Origin: Klebsormidium nitens
Taxonomy: Eukaryota; Plantae; Klebsormidiophyceae
Direction: 5' to 3'
Assembly: GCA_000708835.1 (NCBI GenBank)
Contig: DF236955.1
Span: 310,001 to 374,000, forward strand
DNA length: 64,000 nt
This document shows positions 59,208 through 64,000 of the stretch, piece after piece. Position numbers and translations under genes: made by a program. The first letter of the stretch is position 1. Each line of letters opens with the position of its first letter. Below the pieces are notes generated by a model, which ran no database searches, was not told where the DNA came from, and worked only from the letters and a program-made list of their open reading frames with translations.

Positions 59208-62200
59208 TCAATCCGGAGTGTGTTGTTTGCAACCCTTTGGGCCAAAATGGTGGCTCCCTTTCAGCACAGCTTTCCCGCACGCCCCACAGAAGTGATTCTG
59301 GCACGACCAGCACCGCAGATGGTTGTTGCCGGCCTCCTGCAGAACCACGATTGTCCAATCAAGGCCCGTTTTATAACCTCGCCTCCGATCTGATCTTATG
59401 GACCCCTTAGAAAGGAAGAAACTCAGAATTGCTGCAAGGCGTACGTCAGACAAGCAAGGTCGAGCGGTAAAACAAATTGACTAAGTCTGATTTGCAGAAA
59501 GTAGACTGTGATCGGAGTCAACGTTTGCCAGATTCTCCGTCTTGCCCTGCTGCTCACCAGACCTTCCGCGAGAATAGGAAGCAAATAAATATCACCCAAA
59601 GAAAAGAGAATAGCAGACGGCCCTCCACTGAACTATTATAACTTCCAGGCACGTATCTACGAGCAGCTGGCGTACTAGTATCATAAGGAGACTAATACAC
59701 GCACTTGACGCCAAACCCCAATGCGGACGGATGATCACATGATACACAGGTCACAATCCCTCCCCTCATGCTTCCGGCTGTCAGGAACTGCCGCACAGCT
59801 CCATCTTCCGTTTACCTCGTCTCCTTTGTCATGAGGCCTTGAACAGACTACTTACAACCAAACAAAGAAGAAAACAAACAACCACGGAAGCCACGTGGCA
59901 AGGACCGCGCACCTTGACGTTGGGCTGGCGGCAGGCGGGGCAGGCACGCACGCGGTTGGGGTACATCTGTATCTGGGCGTCGATGCGATCGCGCGCCTCG
60001 TTACGCGGCGCGTTGACGCCGGCCATCATCCGGTTCCACGCGTCGATCTCGGCGGCCTCGAACAGCACGCACGCGCCCGAGTTGAAGTGGTCGTACCCGG
60101 AAATGGCCTTGCCGCACCTGGCGGCACGGAACGAGAACGGATGAGGCGAAAGGTCCGAAAGCACAGCTTCTGAGAGTAGTCGGGAAAGCGAACAATAGAA
60201 ACTTTGAAAGAGGGACAATCAGAGAGGCCACGGGATAGGAATGGACAATCGGAGGAGTCAGGAAGGATACGACACGAGAGAGGACAGATGGAGGTGTTAA
60301 ACAAAGTGGATGCGCGTGTAGACATGTCTGAAGGCGAGCGCGAGGTAGGTGATGGTTTCGAAAGCTCCCGGTCACCACGGAAAAGAGGAGCGGTCGATAC
60401 TCTCTCCAGCTCAGGAACGACCGGCGACGAGGCTCTCGAAGACGAGCAAGACTTACAGAAGCAAGCGGCGACGCACCAACGAAACTGAAATTTCCACCAG
60501 GAGATACAATCTACACCAGTGGTATCGCACACCTTCCGAAGCAGGACATTTTTCGTCTTAAGAAGACATGCGCGGAACAACAGACCCAGCAGAACACCCG
60601 CTCACATTACGAAAGAGAGCAGAACGGGTCCTTGCTAAAACGCGTCAACCTTGGAGCGGACAGAAAGATGAGGATTTTGGCGGTACGCACTTGTAGCAGA
60701 AGTAGGAGGAGCAGTTCCAGCAGGTCATCTTGTTGCAGCCCTCGTCCTTCTGGATGGCCATGCCGCACTTGGGGCACTTCTTGGCCTCCCGCTCCACGTA
60801 CTTCATGTTCAGGATCTCGTTCAGCAGCGCCGCCTCCTTGCGCTTCTGCTCCTCCGCGGGGAGCCGGCCGCGCGTGCGCTCCTGCGAACAGAATTTTATC
60901 TTTTCGCCTCAGTCCTTTGACAGTGGACAAGGCTCTTGCGAGGATGGACGTGTCGAGGCAAGCATTGATAAAGTTGTCACGCATGTGACTCGATCCAACG
61001 TGTTCTCAATCGCAGCGAAGGCTCGGGTGCTGGAAAATCTCCTCCCGATCGCAGGCCAATTTAGGCCGTAAGATCACAGGGCTAAGAAAAAGATAAGCGT
61101 GCATCCGGTGGTGCTAGCTGCACAAGTCGGACCGACAACAGAACCGATGTCTACCGCGGCTATGACCTTGACATTGAAGCTCTCGAGCATCAGAGAACTC
61201 GACTTTCCACAAGCATCGATGAACTTGTTATCAAGCTCTCAAGCACCAGAAAAACACGGCTTTCAAGGGCATCAAAAAACTTGGATTCCTGTACTCAGAC
61301 GAGAAACCCGTGAGCCCCGAGCCCTCACCCGCAGGACGGCGAGCTGCGCCTCTGCGTCCATGCACTGGGAGCCGAAGTGCGTGGCGTCGTCGCAGAGCGA
61401 GCAGAAGGCGAAGAAGCACTTTTGGCACTGCGCCGTGTGGTCCGGCTCCTCGATGGTCGCCGTCTCGCAGCGCGGGCAGTACACCACGTCTGACATCGAG
61501 TCGAACGTCTTCTGCAGCATCAGCGTCTCCTGCGGAGCAAAGTGAGCGGTCAACCAGACTGTCACGTGGATCTTGGCACCCTATTTTCGTGACAGAGCCC
61601 TGCGGTAAAAGGAATCTTGAATTAAACTCGTCACATACGAGAAAATCCACATGATCGTTCGAACCAGCAAGTCTGGCCTGCCTTTGAATATGATGACTCG
61701 TTGCAAATCTGTCGTCCACAGAGGTGACGTCTTCAAAGGAAGCCCGTCAGTATGCAACCAGCGCGTGTCAAACCATCCCCAACCAAGCCGCCAGAGAGAG
61801 GCGCAAATTTGTTGGGTCCAGCAAAATTGCTAACCACAACAGAGAAACGAGGGCAATTAGGCGCTCACCCATCGCTGGAACTGCTCCGGCGCGAGCAGGT
61901 CCTTGATGATATTGGGCGGCAGCGGTTCTTTGCAGTCGGTGTCGGGGCACGTGAGGCGCGCCAGGGAGCCTTCCTTGACGTGGATGTCCACCAGTGACGT
62001 CATGCATCCCCGGCAAAAGTTGTGGCGGCAGCCCGGCCACAGGTGGACGAACTCGGTGCCGGGCTGCTCTGCGAAGCACACCTGGCACTCGTGCACCTGG
62101 GGAAGTAGAGGGAAGATGAGTTGGTTCATATTCTGCTGTGAAGGATGAGTCAGGAAAAAGTCGTATCCGGGGGGTCGTAAGAGGAAAGACGTGCAGTTTG

Positions 62201-64000
62201 GTAAGATGCTCGCGAGGACAACTCAGTACGAAAATAATGAGGAGGGCGTGTTGAGAGAGTCCATACATCTCAAGATATCACATAACCAAAATCGCGGGTG
62301 GTGAGGGATCAAGGCGACGACACTGTCTGCCTCAACAAGACTTTCAAAGGGAAGCTGGAAAGTCGTTCAGAACGACAGAGTTAAACGAAGTCATGAGACG
62401 AAGGGCATTGAACGGGCCCCAAAAACACCTTTTCCTACAAGAGCAGACCCAACATACTTCTGTAGAAGGCTGATCTCAAGGGGTGGGACAGGCGTGATCA
62501 ACGTCAAGGCTGACGTCGAGCCAGTCCACTGCCAAAACCCGTGCACGTATAGAGGACATATTTTCTGGCACCAAGCAAGCTGAAGAAAAGTCGGAGGCAC
62601 TAACCCCTTTTCTAAACTCCTCCATGGTCTTCTCCTCGTTGTACCGCAGCAGCCGCGACAGCACGTCCTGCACGCCCCACCCCTCCGCCTGCGCCCGCTC
62701 GTCATGCTCCGCGCTCTCCTTCCCCTTCCCTTCCGCATTCAACGTGCCCCCAAGCTCGAAACTTTCCCCCAAATCCAGGGTTTCAAACGTCTCCCTGGTC
62801 AACCAGTCCGCCCACGAGTACACCACAACCTGACCCTGGTTTTCTTGCCAAACCTCGTCTAAGCCCCGGCACAACCGGCCCAGCTGCGGTCGCGTGAGCC
62901 ACACGCTGGACAATGCAAACCGCGGGGGGGAGTGTGACGGGTACGCCGCCGGAAGAGTGCAGGTCAGCCGCAGGGGGGGGAGGTGCTCCAGCGTTAGCGA
63001 CAGTAACCTGCCCCCCTGCCAGGACTTTGCAACCCAGATCTGCCCCCTGGGGGGCTCTTTTCCATTGGTTTCCTTCTCCTCTGCCGCTGCCTCGCTGACC
63101 TCACCAGCTTGTGCGGTGGCGCTTTCGCCCTCTTCTTCTCTGGCAAAGTCGGAGGTTTCGTCTGTGTTTGAAGCCTCTGGTTGACTAAGACTATCTAGCG
63201 TGCTGCTCGGACCGCTGTCCAAAAGGCGCCCCAAGACTTGGATATGGGCGGCAGGCAGGGCAACATGGACCAAAAGCTCAAACGTTGTCGGGTCTGAGCT
63301 TGTTTGCTGAAAATCAGTGGCAAAGATCGACTCGAGGACCATCACCTGTCAGAGGGAAAAGTTGAAGATGAGGGGACTTGAAACGTTACACTTGAGTCTG
63401 GGCTGCAAGTGGGGGCTTTGAAGTCCATGACATTTGGGAACAACTAGGCCATATAGGTCTGGGGTCACGCTCTTGGATTTTGTTCTTCTCAATGATCGTA
63501 GGCTCTGAACTGGAACAGAAAGATGTGACTGCCAGGAAGGTATCTTCAAGTAGTCTTAGATTGATGCTGAAAGGCCGCGTTCCGCCAGCTGTTAGAGCAG
63601 GCTACTTTAGAGCACAACAACGTTACATAGAAAGTAAGATCCATAAGCCTCTTGGCAGCTCCCTTTGCTCTCACGCCCTCACCTCATCTTGCTGCTCCTC
63701 TTCATTCGCCGCCCTTTCCTCTTCTCCCAACATCGGTTCAACCAATCCGCGAATCTCAAAAACAGAATCCCCAGAGTCCTTCTCATAACTTGTACTGGCA
63801 CCCTGGTTCTTCCCTAGGGCCCCTTCTTTTTCCCCAACATTGCTGGCTGCAAGTTCTTCCACCATCTTAACCACCTCCTCCTGCTGACGATCTACTTCAG
63901 CGGACCCCTCGGCTGTATCCTTATCTGTACTGACCGTCAGGCCCTCATCTCCTATACTCTTTTGGCTATCGACGTTTCTCGTCCTCCAACTCTTACTCGC
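59208..64000 (-). CDS. RNF14: RWD + RING-IBR-RING (RBR) E3 ubiquitin ligase, RNF14/ARA54-like; 5' end outside the window
   Basis: RWD: EEQQDE|VMVLESIF...LEHLPPL.L...LP..YPS..PP.F.LSS.WL...VVYSW.DWL. RING1: CQVCF...C.HNFC..C...C. IBR: YCPRC...[14 protein letters not shown]...H. RING2: [21 protein letters not shown]. An extra C-terminal Cys/His unit follows. Confidence 0.9.

Noticed and set aside
4021-64000. Apparent ubiquitin/SUMO theme (F-box, Ulp1, RBR ligase)
   Set aside because: These are large gene families separated by unrelated housekeeping genes, and Ulp1 belongs to a transposon; no evidence of a functional cluster.

Overview
Eukaryotic, intron-rich, GC-rich nuclear DNA with plant-type genes and two N gaps. 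The gene content and intron style suggest a streptophyte alga such as Klebsormidium (inference). In order, the window holds: the 3' part of an AASDH/AAE19-like PQQ-repeat gene; an F-box-like gene; a DUF2828-VWA gene; four TMEM144-like transporter paralogs (three on -, one on +) with two copies of a ~200-bp MITE; a 9-exon, ~1,227-aa JASON-like gene that the ORF track shows only as unrelated fragments; tRNA-Phe; a conserved plastid-targeted protein with a Cys/His motif; a CACTA transposon whose transposase splices in frame into a Ulp1/C48 protease with intact catalytic residues, with an intronic array of hairpin repeats and only its right end visible; a 5'-truncated bacterial/fungal-type phosphodiesterase gene directly beside that end; p24/TMED; eIF3g; an orphan tRNA-Gly 3' half next to a gap; a rhodanese gene; and an RNF14-like RWD-RBR E3 ligase running off the end. 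All gene models were spliced by hand from GT-AG sites and phase checks. Family assignments come from remembered motifs, not database searches.
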